Source: Batkoa obscura (lineage: Eukaryota). Taken from it: a stretch of DNA of 64,000 nucleotides. The notes beneath the pieces were generated by a model. That model was not told where the DNA came from. It was given only the letters and a program-made list of their open reading frames with translations, and ran no database searches. The position numbers and the translations under genes were made by a program. Numbering within the stretch: position 1 is the stretch's first letter; every line of letters starts with the position of its first letter. Below, one piece after another: positions 25,109 to 38,768 of the stretch. The stretch is taken from positions 434,001-498,000 of the forward strand of contig JASVEC010000020.1 in the NCBI GenBank assembly GCA_030770535.1, in the 5' to 3' direction.

Positions 25109-26257
25109 ATGCTAACAAGTAACAACGGTGATACATATATTGGACATGATAGGTATCTTGTCTTAGAAATGCTAGGGTACGGTGCCAATGGCACTATTTA
25201 TTTAAGTAAAGATATATCAAATGGTGAATTGGTAGCAATTAAAGAATTAAAACGCAATGGTTTGAACCCAAGAGAAAGAAAAATTCAAGATCTTGAGGCT
25301 TACTTTCATCAAATCCTTTCTGAATCAAATCATGTTGTCAATCTTTATGATACTGTTGAAGATGAAGATGCTCTTTATCTTGTTATGGAGTTTTGCGAAC
25401 ATGGGGATTTATTTGAATTTGTAGTTAGACAAACTGTACAGCAAAGATTAGACAATATACAATTAAACAAAAAATTAATAAAACAAGTGATATTAGCAGT
25501 TATTGATTGCCATAATAAAGGAATATATCATCGTGACTTGAAGCCTGAAAATTGTATGCTTTCAGGTGACGGGTTTGAAGTACGTTTAGGTGACTTTGGA
25601 TTATCTACAGACGAAATTATTTCTAATGATTATGGATGTGGATCTGCTTGTTATATGTCACCAGAATGTAACATACTATCACAAGATAAGGGACACGGAT
25701 TCAATACAATTAAAAATGATGTATGGTCATTAGGTATCATAATGATCAATGTAATGTGCGGATTGAACCCATGGAAGCAAGCTTGTATTGAAGATGAAGC
25801 TTTTGTCGCTTATTTGAGGAACCCATTATACCTATATGAAACTTTAGGAATATCGCACGATTTTTACCTTATCTTAAAAGATGTATTACAGATTGACCCA
25901 GAAAATAGAATTAGCTTAGAAGAGCTATTATATAGAGTAGAAAACTGCACTCATTTCTTAAAACTACAACCATTAGACGAAAATGTAGCAACAACAAATA
26001 ATACAACTCAACTAAAAGCTCCATTGAGTATATCTATTGACTCTGCTTCTTTATCAAACTTTGAAGATGAAGTATATTATTCAGATTCATGCCATTCCCT
26101 TTCTTCTCCAACTAACCCCATATTTGACTTATTACCTGGCGAGCCCAGGTTTGACAAAGATAATATGTTAGCCATGTACTTTGATGAGGGTATTGGATCC
26201 TCATCAGCCGGAAATAATCACCATAGCTATATCGATTTAATTGAATCGGATTATTAA
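25109..26257 (+). CDS. Ser/Thr protein kinase, Ran1/Pat1-Sks1/Vhs1-like
   Basis: Intronless 382 aa; GYGANG, VAIK, HRDLKPEN, DFG, GCGSACYMSPEC, NDVWSLGIIMINVMCGLNPWKQA; TATAAATA at ~24961. Confidence 0.92.
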   Translation: MLTSNNGDTYIGHDRYLVLEMLGYGANGTIYLSKDISNGELVAIKELKRNGLNPRERKIQDLEAYFHQILSESNHVVNLYDTVEDEDALYLVMEFCEHGDLFEFVVRQTVQQRLDNIQLNKKLIKQVILAVIDCHNKGIYHRDLKPENCMLSGDGFEVRLGDFGLSTDEIISNDYGCGSACYMSPECNILSQDKGHGFNTIKNDVWSLGIIMINVMCGLNPWKQACIEDEAFVAYLRNPLYLYETLGISHDFYLILKDVLQIDPENRISLEELLYRVENCTHFLKLQPLDENVATTNNTTQLKAPLSISIDSASLSNFEDEVYYSDSCHSLSSPTNPIFDLLPGEPRFDKDNMLAMYFDEGIGSSSAGNNHHSYIDLIESDY

Positions 26258-29200
26258 TCGATTATACTCTTCTAGGCTATTCTTTGTACCCTATTATTAA
26301 TTTATTTTACTACTTTCATTGTAATTCTTATTCAAAATTTCCACCAATAAAAGTGACTTTATTGTTAACAAAATTTTAATTAAACAGACTTTCTCAATAG
26401 CTTAAAAAATTAATTTAATACTTTAAACATCAATTAATGAGTAATTGATAAGTTATAACTCTTAGTTAAAGGCACCAAGTAATAATTATCTCATGTTAGT
26501 CATTATTATATAGTTTTTTATGATATTCTTTAAGTCGATTTTAAAAAACTTCGCTTAATAATTAGAAATCAATCAGGGTTATTGTTCCATTCAATTTATT
26601 TTTAACAAAGGGATGTAAAGATCGCTTTTACATATTATGTGGCGGCTATTTAGCTAGATTAGCAAAACAATACACATGATTCAAGGGATATAAAGCGTTT
26701 ATTTTTTTACCTCAGATCCCAGCCTAAAAAAAATTTATAACCTAGTTTTAATAGTAAAAAGAATCAAGTGTAATTAGGCAAATTAGTTTTAGTTAAATTA
26801 TGTTGGTAACTTAAAACGTTTTGAGTTCATTTCAGTTAAATACAAAAGAGTCAGATAAAAAATCTCAAATTTTTGCCCAATATAAATTATAAGTTATTTG
26901 TTCGTTCTTTCTATATACTTAAAAAAGTTAATTATAACAACAGTAGTCATTCTTGTCATTTTTTGAAGAAAGAATCTAAACTTTATAAAATATAGCTTAA
27001 TGCAATCACTTTTCACATCCCCTAAAGAGTGATTTTTGAATTAAGATTTATTTTTTGGTATCAAACAGTTATTTATACCCAAGATATTAAATATTTCTTT
27101 TTAATAAGAATCCAACAATGTATTGCTGATGTATTAATATGTTAGCTCATAGATAAATAAAACTAGCATATAATTAATTATATACCCTCATTTACTAAGA
27201 AAATCCTATCTTCCCCACCTTTTTCTATTCAATTTATAAGCGAACCAAACTTTCCCCAAATTTTATATCAAATTATTTTGTATGCTCCCACTTTTCTATT
27301 AAAATCATTAAAATTTTAGTTAATTCAAAATCCCTAATTAAAATATTAAAGTATTTATTTCAATTTATGCTTATTAACCGTGTGCTTTATTAACTTAAAA
27401 AAATTAATATCTTCCAGCATTAAGGTTTTATTTATATAAGACGAGCATATAGATGAATAGGAATTTATTATTATAAAGTTGGGTTTCGACTATTTTAATG
27501 TAATACATCATTTATGATAAAAGTAGTTAATTAACTTTGTGATTTAAGATAGATGTAGAAAGTTATATATTAAAATAGGTAACACTTTATTAACAGAAAC
27601 TATGAAAAAATTATGGATTCTCTACATAAATGTTTTATATGTTTTCATACTCATTACTTATTAACTAATTTCATGTTTGAAACATCTTAATGTTTGTTAT
27701 TATTTTATGCTAAAAATTAGCCTAGAATATCATCACCATTATTACAAATTAATTAACTATAAGTCTTTGAAGCTGTTGCATCTCTATTATAACCTAATTT
27801 GCGATAGTTTTAGAGTCAGTTGTTAGTTTATTTGATTTTTAGAGCCTAATCCTTAATTTTATCTGAATTTTGCTATAAAATGAACAGTTCTTAGTGCACA
27901 TTTGAGCTTAAGTAAATCAAATAAATTTTAATCTAAGATTTTGACTTGATAACAGGGTAACAGCTCTTTAGCTCCAAAAGTGCAGTGCTATCTATAAATT
28001 TAATTTAAGCATGAATTGGGATTTTCATTTTGTATTTGATAAATAGAAAATAGAACAAATCATCACAAATGAATTCTGCAAATACAGATATTTATTCACG
28101 TTTTAATTAAATTTGCAGAAAGCTCTGCTCTTTTGAAAATAAACAGCAGTGATTAAGCCTGTTAAAATTCATTTTGTTTTATGGCATTTCAATTTCGGCT
28201 TAAATAAAATCTAATAATACAGCAATAAATTTTTTCTACTGGTTCTACTCTAAAGATTTTTCTCAACCTTCTAATAAAAGATCACTTAAGTATTAATTTT
28301 ACTGGTTTGGGTAACAAAACCTAAAGTCAGATTCCAAATTTTTTATTACCCTGTCCCCACGACAATTAAAAATATTCTCTAAAGAACTGTAAAAATTTGA
28401 TATAAAATCAAACTTCGCTAATGAGTTTTTTTAATAATAGCAGTGCGGTTTGATGTGGTATTAATCTACGTTTTGGAAAGCTCCATTTTATACTAAGAAT
28501 ATGTCAAAGAGTTTATTATACAGATAAGCACCACAATTTATAAATAGTTGAATTATAATAGTATTTGAATTGGAATTAAAGTTTATTTAAGAAGATACTA
28601 TTATGCTCGAAGATAGTATCGAATAAACACCACTTTCAAAGTTTGAATTAGTAATATTCAAATAGGTTATTCGTATCTTTGATCATTTAAAATAATTTGA
28701 CAAAATTGCCTTAAAATAAAACTTGATACAAAAGTTAAAAATGATTACAATATATACTGATAATTACATCTGCTTTATTAACTAGAGACTTTTATATAAT
28801 CAGCCTTTGAACATTTTTAAATAGTGTAAACTGATAAAAATTAAAAAAAAAAGTGGAGGCGGAAAGTTAATTTTTGCTTAAAAATTCAGGGATAATGTAA
28901 CTATTACTTTGAAGTTAAATTTTAATTAAATTTTGAACATTTGATAACTTAAGATTAAAAGACTATTGATTAAATTTTATAAAAATGACTGTAAAGAGCT
29001 TGAAATAGAATAAATACTTTTCTAACATTCAATAATCAAATGCTTTTTAAATTGCTAAATTGATTATATCATAGTATAATCATAAAATTTTATATTTGTT
29101 TAAACAAAGTTTTGATTTTAGAGATTAAAAATATTTTAAAATAAGAATAAAAAAGTGATTTTGTAAAATATACTAAAATATTGTATGTTTTCAATTGGAT

Positions 29201-30320
29201 ATAAGAATTATAGTTTAATTGTACTGAAGTATTTAATAGAATAGTTTTTGGTATATAATTACATAATAAAATGTAAACGTTTAAATAATGTATACAAACG
29301 CTACTTTTGATTTTCCCTGTTAATCATTTTTTACTAATAAATTCTCCTAAAAGTTGCTAATTAATTGCTCAGCTTTTACACCTAGATTTCAGTTAGGTAA
29401 ATTCAAACCATATATCTTATCTTTTCACTTATGATGCCTTTCGTTGGATTTTATTTCTTTTCATTACTCCTTCAGCTGTCCCCACTCTCTTAACATTTAA
29501 TTTAACGCTTTTATCCAAATTTTTAGTTTTCCAATTGACAAATTTCTACTATCTCCCAATTACTTGCAAAGTAATCATGTTCGACTTTAAGCCTTCCTTT
29601 ACCAATACCTTTATTGGCTCAATTCTCTGAGCCGTTTACTGTTCATGCTGGAAATTTTATGTAAAAGCTCCTGATATAGACTTATTTGCACTTAACCTTT
29701 ACATAGAATGGCACATTGCTTAGCCAAATGAAGTTAACTTAACTTCAATTCACCTTTTCTCTAGAAAATCAGGAAGGTTCTCTCTTACAAAGTAGCCTCC
29801 GAATCTTTATAAACATATTTTTCTTATTTAATAAAAAACATTTCCCCATCTGGGTTCAAGGCCTCAAAAAAAAGTTATCATTTAATTATAAAAAACAATA
29901 GACCTTTCTGTACCAATACTCATAATCTGTTTTAAACTAAACGATGGACGATGGCTTTGACACTAAAAGCTTGTAAATAAGCTGAGTCAAAGGAGTTCCA
30001 TATCAGCTATAAGGTGGAAGTAAAGGTAGTCTACTTTTATATTTCAAGGAATGAAATAAAGCATTATTACATATATTATGGAAAGATATTGCTTCAGATT
30101 GCTATTATAAATATAAAAATGAAATGAATTTTTTTTTTGAAAGATATGGGCATTGTATTAAACATTTAAACTTCATGATGTTTCCAAAACTATTGATTCA
30201 TTACTCAATATATCTAAATAGTAGAAAACCTATTTATTATTAGGTCATTATTTAGATTATGTGAATTTTTTCAAAAGTAACCCTCTAGTAAATCTTTCAT
30301 ACAAACTTCCTTAATGGTAT

Positions 30321-30419
30321 GGGGATGTTTTTTTTGACTTCATTACTTTTCCATTTTTTTAAGCGCTATTTGAGCAGAAAGATTATTAGTAAAATTCTTA
30401 AACACAAAAATACATTCCC
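30321..30419 (+). mobile_element. MITE family A copy
   Basis: ggggatg...cattccc; flanks GTAT/ATAT. Confidence 0.92.
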
Positions 30420-30872
30420 ATATGTTGTGTCTTAGTTTGCAAAATTTTGAGATAGTAAATTGTTACTTTAATATTAGTATGCCTTTTTCAAATCATAAAA
30501 TGATAAAGGATACCAATTTACAGAATGTTACATTCAAATATATTGTATGTCCCAACTTAAAAAAATTCATAGACCATATTTTAATCTATTTTTAAAATAT
30601 AAAATCACTTAATTGTATAGGTTTAAAAGACACAAATTTTTATGCAGAGTATAAAACTGAACCTGACTTCTTCTTGTGACCAATTATCTGTATTAGAATT
30701 TTTATAACTCAGTATTGTAGAATGTTAAGGGATTCCAATTGATTGTGTATTTGGTATAAAGATAAATTTGGCCTTAACTTGTTTTAAGTTTACATCTTTA
30801 TACCTATATTATTAGTTTATTTCAAATTGACATTTTTAGATATTTCAATTGTTGTTATTTGTTATTTCATAT

Positions 30873-30971
30873 GGGGATGTTTTTTTTGGGTTCATCACTT
30901 TTTCCATCTTTTAAGCACTATTTAAGTAGAAAAACTATCACTAAAATTCTTAAATATAAAAATACAACCCC
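30873..30971 (+). mobile_element. MITE family A copy
   Basis: ggggatg...caacccc; ATAT TSD. Confidence 0.92.
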
Positions 30972-31592
30972 ATATAATAAACTACTTTTGAAAAATATTT
31001 ATTAAAAGCTGAAATATTATAAAAGAATCTAGTTGTGATATCTATGTTTTTTGAACATCTTAACTAGAATTCAAATCAAAGCTAGAATATATAGAACAAT
31101 TAGATTTTCGTTCATTAGAGGTACAATCTTTTCTGACGACTACCGTATTGCTCAATATAACCATAATCATTTCTATTTTACTTCTTCTAATAGCTCTCTT
31201 TCCCATTCTCTTTGAATGAAAAAACTTTTGATATCTAAAGTAAATGAACTTCTTCTTCTTAAAAAAGTAGAATTTTATCAGATAAAACTGTTTCCCTATA
31301 TATTTAATTGCTTTCGTTTTATTATTACAAAAGTGTCAACTTATAGCTCTCTTTACCTTGGCAAATGAAGCTCTTGTAACTTTTCAATCACTCAAAAAGG
31401 ATAAAGCATTGGTGTCCATAGTATTTTAAAATATAAAATAAAATAGCCTCTATTAAAAACTATTGTTATATAGACTTTCAATGTTATCAAATATAATAGT
31501 TATTTTATAAAATGTAAATTATAATAGGTTGACAATGTTCTAAATTCAATACATAAAATAAATTCAAAAACCTGAATAAAAAATCAATATCT

Positions 31593-31690
31593 GGGGCTGT
31601 TTTTTTTAGTTTCATTATTTTTCCATTTTTTAAGCGCTATTTATGTGGAAAAATTGTCAGTAAAATTCTTAAATACAAAAATACATCCCC
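31593..31690 (+). mobile_element. MITE family A copy
   Basis: ggggctg...catcccc; ATCT TSD on both sides. Confidence 0.93.
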
Positions 31691-31949
31691 ATCTATTAAA
31701 AATTTTGTGATATTTATTTATATACTTTGCTAGATAGCTGCTTGGATGTGAAACCTCAAATAATTTTATAATTTTATATTTTTATAATACTTTAATATGT
31801 ATTCAATAAAAATATCTAAATGTAAATTATAATAATTATCAAATGCTACATTAATTAGGTCATGGTTTAATATCACTTCTCTTTTGTTATTTAAAAATAA
31901 TAAGTTAATATTAAATTCAACTTTTGACCTCGAAGTGCTGTAAATTAGG

Positions 31950-33130
31950 ACATAATTTATATAAAAAATTTAAAAAATCGTTTTCTAAGGTAAAATTTGT
32001 AATATTCAATATCCGTTATGTTACAGTTCTTTATTAGAAAATTTTCTTTGATTAAAGGTAAAAAACTATAAGATACCTCTAAAGTCAACAGTGTAGTTGT
32101 TTTAATATTGGATATTGAATATAGATGCTTAGATAAAGTGCTATAAACATAATATGACTTTAATATTTTAGCATTGTAAATGTATCCTTATCTACAATTT
32201 GATGAGTTAAATTACAACCAAGTAATGTTAACTCCTATAAATTTGATATTTCATTAAACTTTAAGATTGAAGAATCTGAAATATTGAGCTTCAAGCTTTG
32301 TGTAATTAATAAATTTTATACGCGTCTCTTCTAATTTATTTATTTTCACACATTCAATACTTAACCTTTCCAATTGTGGAAATTGTTGATTTAACAAAGT
32401 TAAACTCTTCTAATTCAAGGCTAATATAATCTAGTTCAAGTACCTTTAAATTATCAAGTTTACTTATCAAATTTTCAAAAAATAGTATTTCAACATCGTC
32501 ATCACAACTGATTAGCAATGAAGTAACTGTTGATGGTAAATATGATATTATCAATATTATAGATTATGTAATCAAATTCCAAGTATTTCAAATAATAAAA
32601 CATCCCTTTAATATTGATTTTGTTCGGAAGTATACATTCTTCAACTGTTATATCATAAATAAGCGTTGTATAGGTAAGACCTAATGATAGAAAGTCTTTA
32701 AATTGATTTATATTTTTTAAACATCGATCAAAATTTGTATATAATTTAACATTGCTTGGATCTTCTAATAAATGCAAGGGTAGATTTAAATAATTCTTAA
32801 GCTTTAAACATTTGATACAATATCCCTGTTTTTTAATAGCTTTCTTGATTCTATTACTATAATTATTATAGTAGCTTCGACTCATACCTCCCCATAATAT
32901 TGGTACAATTACTTGGTTCCACTTTTTACAACAAATGAGTAAACTAAGTTTGTCATTAGATGAGAGGTGGTATAGCATTTGGGGGTGTTTTTTTTGACTT
33001 CACTACTTTTTCCATTTTTCAAGTGTTATTTGAGTGGAAGATTTGTTAGTAAAATTCTTAAGCACAAAAATACATTCCCATTTCTTTAATTATCTTTTTT
33101 TCTAAATCTTCCAGTTGAAAATTATTTTCA
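31950..33130 (-). pseudogene. Decayed F-box/LRR-like paralogue C
   Basis: NFQLEDLEKKIIKE[MITE]MLYHLSSNDKLSLLICCKKWNQVIVPILWG then LDNLKVLELDY; frameshifts between ORFs 32502-32978 and 32354-32554. Confidence 0.75.
32981..33079 (+). mobile_element. MITE family A copy inside the F-box coding region
   Basis: gggggtg...cattccc; ATTT TSD on both sides. Confidence 0.93.
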
Positions 33131-34560
33131 CACTAGATCGAACTGTAGTGTAAAAATTAAAAAATAAAAGATAAAAAGAGATATGAGTTTTTGTTTATAC
33201 TAGTACCAGTTGTTCATGGCTAAGTAATAGATTAACTTACATAAACTCAGATTAGATAACATTGCATCATAGTATTCTATGGTGTATTTTTTTATTATGG
33301 AGTCATGGTTAATCAATGTATAAAGTGGATTTGAAGTAGAATTATGTTTTAATTTTTCAATTTGATTTAGGCTTAAGTTTATAAATATTTATATAAATGT
33401 TTTTGTTACATGTCTTTCAAAAAGGTGTATTTTGTTTTCCTTATACAATATAAATTTTAACAAACTCAATCAAATCATGATAGAAAACATTTCCATGTAC
33501 TGATCAAAAATTAAAATTAAAACTGAAAAACTAGATTTTGGGCTAAGGTATATTTTAAACCAAAAAATAGGCATTTAAAATAATTTATTTTTCCCACTAA
33601 AAAATCCACCAAAATGATAAGTTCTGATATTATATTAGTTATTTTCCCCTTACCAGATTTAGTACTAAAACGTTCAATTTGATCGTCTCAATACATTTCA
33701 GTAACAAATAAAGGGTATCACAGTGGATTCAACCCTATCGCCGCTACCTACTCTGTACTCACTCTAGCTATATCTTTAACACTCAAGCCAAAACCAAGGA
33801 CCGCCTAGCCACGTAGCTATTTTCACTACGATTATAATAGCTACAAGGTGGTCGTCATGTAGCCATGGATAAGGGAATAAGCAATTGTAGCTTAATATAC
33901 ATGATACCTCAAAGATAGCTCACTAAATATTGTTTCTATTTTTTTATATAAAATAGAAATCTTACTAGATTTAATAGTTATGGGTATTAAGGATTTAAGA
34001 TTGTTTGAAGAGTTGCATTGTGTCATCTTTTTATAGATTATTTATTATATTTTAACATACAGTCATACTATCAAAATATCCTCAGGGGTGAGTAATTGTA
34101 ATACTAATGAGAATTTACATGAAAATAATTTAATTTTTTACCTATAAAAGCTTCTACTGTCTTAACTAATAATATAAAAATATTCATAAATGTTTAGGAT
34201 TTTTTTATTAAGTATCTTTAGTCACTATTTGCAGCAAAAAGTATATCTCATACTTAAATTTTGATTTATGAGAAATGTCAATTGCTGTGTACTACTTTAA
34301 CTTCATGATATGAACTATTGCTTGGTATTTGAGTTACTTTTATGAATTCCAAAACTTAATCAATTTGATTATCCTTTATGCAGCATAAAATGTGGAAAAT
34401 TAGTTATCTATTGCAGAAGTGAAGAATAATGTTTCAAAATTTTAGCCAAACCTTACTTGACTTTTAACTAGTTAATTGATATTTTCAAACTTAAATTAAA
34501 AATTTAAATCACTTAAGAATTAATCTTTTGTTAATTTAATAAAACTAATATAACTAAACA

Positions 34561-34995
34561 ATGCCAATTAATCGATCTAGAGAAGTTGAACCTATAAATA
34601 CACCTCAACCACCGTCATCAAAGAAAAAGAAGATCACTATTCAACAAGCTCGCTCCCGTATAAAATTATTAAAAACTTATGCTCAATGGTTGGATGCTAT
34701 CCCCGGTTTACCTATCAAAATTGGACTTGATGGGCTTATCGGATTAATCCCTGTTATCGGAGATGGTGCAACCTCTATCTTATCTATAATATTAATCATC
34801 TTAGCTAAAGATTTAAATTTACCAAAACATGTTTATGGGAAAATGATAGGGAATATAGTAATTGATACAACGGTGGGATCCATACCATTCTTAGGAGACG
34901 TTTTTGATGTATTATGGAGAGCAAATTTAAAGAATGTAGATTTGATGGAAAAGTGGGTGGAAGAGAATATACACTTGTTTGAACAGGAAGAGTAA
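34561..34995 (+). CDS. DUF4112-family membrane protein, copy 1
   Basis: WLD..IGLDGLIGLIPVIGD..KMIGNIVIDTTVGSIPFLGDVFDVLWRANLKN. Confidence 0.88.
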   Translation: MPINRSREVEPINTPQPPSSKKKKITIQQARSRIKLLKTYAQWLDAIPGLPIKIGLDGLIGLIPVIGDGATSILSIILIILAKDLNLPKHVYGKMIGNIVIDTTVGSIPFLGDVFDVLWRANLKNVDLMEKWVEENIHLFEQEE

Positions 34996-35370
34996 AAGCA
35001 GAAGAGGGACTTTACAAAATAGATGTGTTTTTTCTATCGAATCAAAATAAACAAATTTATTGAATTCATACTTAATTACAATTGAGTAAATTATTTTATC
35101 TTATTGTTTTTATCTTATTATTTTTACCTTATGATTATTAAAATATTAGACAAAAATAATAATTTAAATGAAATGTATAAGGTTCTCCAAATTACATCAC
35201 TCTCAAGTCATTTTTAAAAATTTTAAGGGTGGCTTAATAAGAATATAATTGGCTAAAATTAATTTTATAAAGAAATGATCTAAGAATTAGTTAATCTTAA
35301 AAATGTATATAAAACTCATAGAAAGATATACCAAGAAATCGAATAATAATATTTCTAATAATAATACGAA

Positions 35371-35988
35371 ATGAGTCAAACAGAAAGTAATAAACGTAGT
35401 TGGATAGGGTTAAATAATTGTAATTTATTCAATCGTAAAAAGACAGAAGTAAAAGAACCATCAGGTGTTATGGGTTCAAGAATGAGCGGAGATTTAGCAA
35501 TCCCACCTAAACTTCCAATGCGAAAAAAAGAAAAAAAGAGTAAAAGAGAAGTATTATTAGATACTTGGAATACTTTACCTGGTTATAAAAAGAAGACCTT
35601 AACTAAAAAACAAGCTATTAAAAGAATTGAGTTTATAAAACTATACGCTCAATGGTTAGATCGTATACCAGGTCAACCTATTCCTATTGGGATTGATGGT
35701 ATTTTAGGTTTAATTCCAGGAATTGGGGACGTGTCAGCAGCAGGTTTAAGTTTATTATTAATTTATTTGGCAAGAGATTTAAATTTACCTAAATCTATTT
35801 ATAACAAAATGTTTTTTAATGTTGGCTTAGATACTACTATTGGTGCAGCTCCTATTATTGGGGATCTATATGACATTTGGTTTAAAGGCAATTTGAGGAA
35901 TCTAAAATTAATTGAAAAATGGTTTGAAAAAAATATTGAATTATTTGAGGATGATGAAATTGTTGATTTGGGAGTATTATCCGAATAA
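35371..35988 (+). CDS. DUF4112-family membrane protein, copy 2
   Basis: IGIDGILGLIPGIGD..KMFFNVGLDTTIGAAPIIGDLYDIWFKGNLRN. Confidence 0.88.
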   Translation: MSQTESNKRSWIGLNNCNLFNRKKTEVKEPSGVMGSRMSGDLAIPPKLPMRKKEKKSKREVLLDTWNTLPGYKKKTLTKKQAIKRIEFIKLYAQWLDRIPGQPIPIGIDGILGLIPGIGDVSAAGLSLLLIYLARDLNLPKSIYNKMFFNVGLDTTIGAAPIIGDLYDIWFKGNLRNLKLIEKWFEKNIELFEDDEIVDLGVLSE

Positions 35989-36005
35989 ATTAAATAGTAT
36001 TTGTA

Positions 36006-36100
36006 TTATTATATTATATTATATTATATTATATTATATTATATTATATTATATTATATTATATTATATTTAATTATGTTTAATTATATTTAATTATATT
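36006..36100. repeat. (TTATA)n microsatellite with a degenerate 10-mer tail
   Basis: About 13 perfect pentamer units followed by ttaattatat variants. Confidence 0.95.
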
Positions 36101-36530
36101 TGATTAATTAAAGTTTAATTAATATATTATCTGATAAATTATCACTATTCTTAATTTATTGATTATTAAATTTAATTTTAGATTTATAGTTTAGTTTGAA
36201 TATTTACATCTCAATATGATTTAGCTTATTATAAATCTTTATTTACTTTTCATTAATTAATTTAAGATAAATAAATGTCTTAATGTTTTTATAAAGTTTA
36301 TCCCTTACCAAGCAATTTTATTGAAATCATTCCAAAATTTAAAAATTGGAAAGTTGAACTTTTTTTTAACAGCTAAAAAATAAAGAATGATCCAAGCTAA
36401 CGGACAATTAAAAACCAATATTTCATATTTTAAAAGTATAAATAATAAACAAAATTAAATAATTCGATTTTTTAACTTCAAATTTTTACTTTCTTACAAC
36501 TATTATCTTATTATCATAGTATTAATATAT

Positions 36531-38467
36531 ATGACTTCAAAATTAGCTAATAATCTAGTAAATTGATTCGTTTTATTATTTATCCCCTACTAATTTCATT
36601 TGACAGTCACGTTCAGCTTCCATTAACATTCGTAGTAGTAAGTATGAGTCTGATACACCAATTACTCACATACGTTCCAACTCTAATCCACAAACACTGT
36701 GGAATACACCATCTAAGAGACCAGTAAGTAGCAACTATAACTTCAATTAAAATGATAAATACTAATAAAAACTTATCATTTCTTTAGGCTACTGTAGTTA
36801 TTACTGGTCAAAGTCAAGATTGTTTTGTTTGTCATTTACCTGTTTATCCAGCTGAACAATGTTTAGTAGATTCCTATTCATTACATCCTAATTGTTTTCG
36901 TTGTCGTCATTGTAATCAATTATTATCATTATCTACAAATGAAAAATTAGATGGTAAATTAATTCTTATTAATTTTTATTATTTATTAATATTCATAAAT
37001 TCATTATTTTATTTATTATTTTATTTAGCTTATTTCTATTGTAAAGCTCACTATAAGCTTTATACTCATAATAATGAATTAATACGTTCCAACCCGTTAT
37101 TAGCTAATGCTAGTTATTCTCAATCTATTTCACTTGCTGTAGAAGTAACTTAATTCTCTTGTTTGTTTTTTATTGATTAATGTTTTTACTTTTAGGCTCA
37201 AGAAGCATTAGGAAAATCGATCAGTGGTAAAAAGGCAGCTTATGAAAGTCTAGTTAAAGCAAGTACAACTACTGTATTAGATCTTGCTTTAAATTCTAGT
37301 TTTAAATTATTGAAAGAAAACAGCAGTTTATCTTTAAAAGGGAGTTTAAAAAAAGCAAATAGTTTAGAGAAATCCAAATCTTTTTTGAATTTTAAATCAA
37401 TGAGTAAGAGTAGTAATAGCAAGGACAGTGCTGATATTTCTAATGATAATAAGGATATTAAAGTTATTGAAACTAGTTTTCCAGTTTCCAAAATTGTTCA
37501 AAATTGTTTAAATATTTATGAAGCTAAAAATCAAAGTTTATCTAAAGTAACAACTACATCTACTAAAACTCAATCTAGTTTTCAAGTGAAACGTAGTTTT
37601 TCAAGTGAAGTATCAAAATCAAATGTTACTTCAATTAGCACGAAAGAAAAGAGTTACTATCCACTTAGTAGAAGTAAGACCAGTATAGTAACTAAAAGTA
37701 ATATAGATCCCTCTTTAAATGCTTGTCAAAATACCACTTTACAATCAAGAATATTAAATTTTCAAACAAAAAATGAATGTTTACCAACTACAACTACAAC
37801 TATGACTACAACTACTAATGCTATTAATTTAAATAGTGGAATGAATAATAATAATAATAATATTAATAATATTAATAATAATATTAATAATATTAAAAAA
37901 AATAAAGTATTAAAAGAAACTAAATTTCAATCAGCAATAGAAAAATTTAGTTTATTGGATGAAAACAATAACAATAATAATCAACCTCCACAGTCATCCA
38001 GACAACCTCAATACAGATCAATTAATCGTAGTAACAGTTTATTAGAAACTAATAATAATTCTAATAGTAAACTTAATTCTATTATTCCATCAGATAGTAT
38101 TAAATTAATCTCAACATTAAATAAACCTAGTCGAATCTTAGTTAACGGGTTATTTTGTTATAAAAATATTAGTGATGATTCAGACTTAAAAGAAATCATA
38201 TCACAAATTAATCGATTAATGCCCAGTTTAATTGTTAAAAAAAATATTGAAATTGCTATTAATAATCTAGATCAAAAGTTAAAGGTAAACATTCTATTTA
38301 TGATTATAATATTATAACAATTGCTTTATTTTATTTTATTTTATTTTATTTTATTTATTAATATTTTACATCTATTTTTTTAGGATAAAGATGATTATAT
38401 TGAAAAATTACATGTTCAAGTTGGTATCTTAGAAACTAAACTTAATGCTCTTATTTTTAATAGTTAA
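36531..38467 (+). CDS. Single LIM-domain protein with S/T/N-rich region and C-terminal coiled coil, 6 exons
   Basis: GT-AG spliced frame gives CFVCHLPVYPAEQ..HPNCFRCRHC..YFYCKAHY; joins ORF 37310-38317 and last exon DKDDYIEKL..NS*. Confidence 0.8.
38327..38357. repeat. (TTTTA)n microsatellite in an intron
   Basis: About 6 units. Confidence 0.8.
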
Positions 38468-38768
38468 ATAACTTTTATCTCTATCTTTTTATATATTATA
38501 TATAACACTGTATACTATTATTTATAAATAAATTTTTATTACTATTTTTTTGAAATTAAATTAAATTAATATGTTTATTTTCAATTTATTTATTTGATCC
38601 CTAAAAAATAATCATTTTAATAATATTCAATTTTCCTAATATTAAAAGTTAGAACCAATCATCTGATCTTATTTCTCCTATCCCTTCAACATGTTAATAG
38701 TCCAATAATGAATTTAAAAAAATAGGCATTTCTTAACAACTTTATTTACTTCATTGTAATAAATAACA

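Larger units (their letters stand above)
30000..31130 (+). pseudogene. Decayed F-box/LRR-like paralogue B
   Basis: LLLYFKE*NKALLHILWKDI..YY..ERYGHCIKHLN matches the 58771 and 32502 ORFs; two MITE insertions; limits approximate. Confidence 0.6.

Noticed and set aside
26300..29990. Long non-coding stretch with small hairpins and a slightly GC-richer patch at ~29.4-30.0 kb
   Set aside because: No recognisable motif, frame or repeat boundary by eye; short stems are expected at this AT content.
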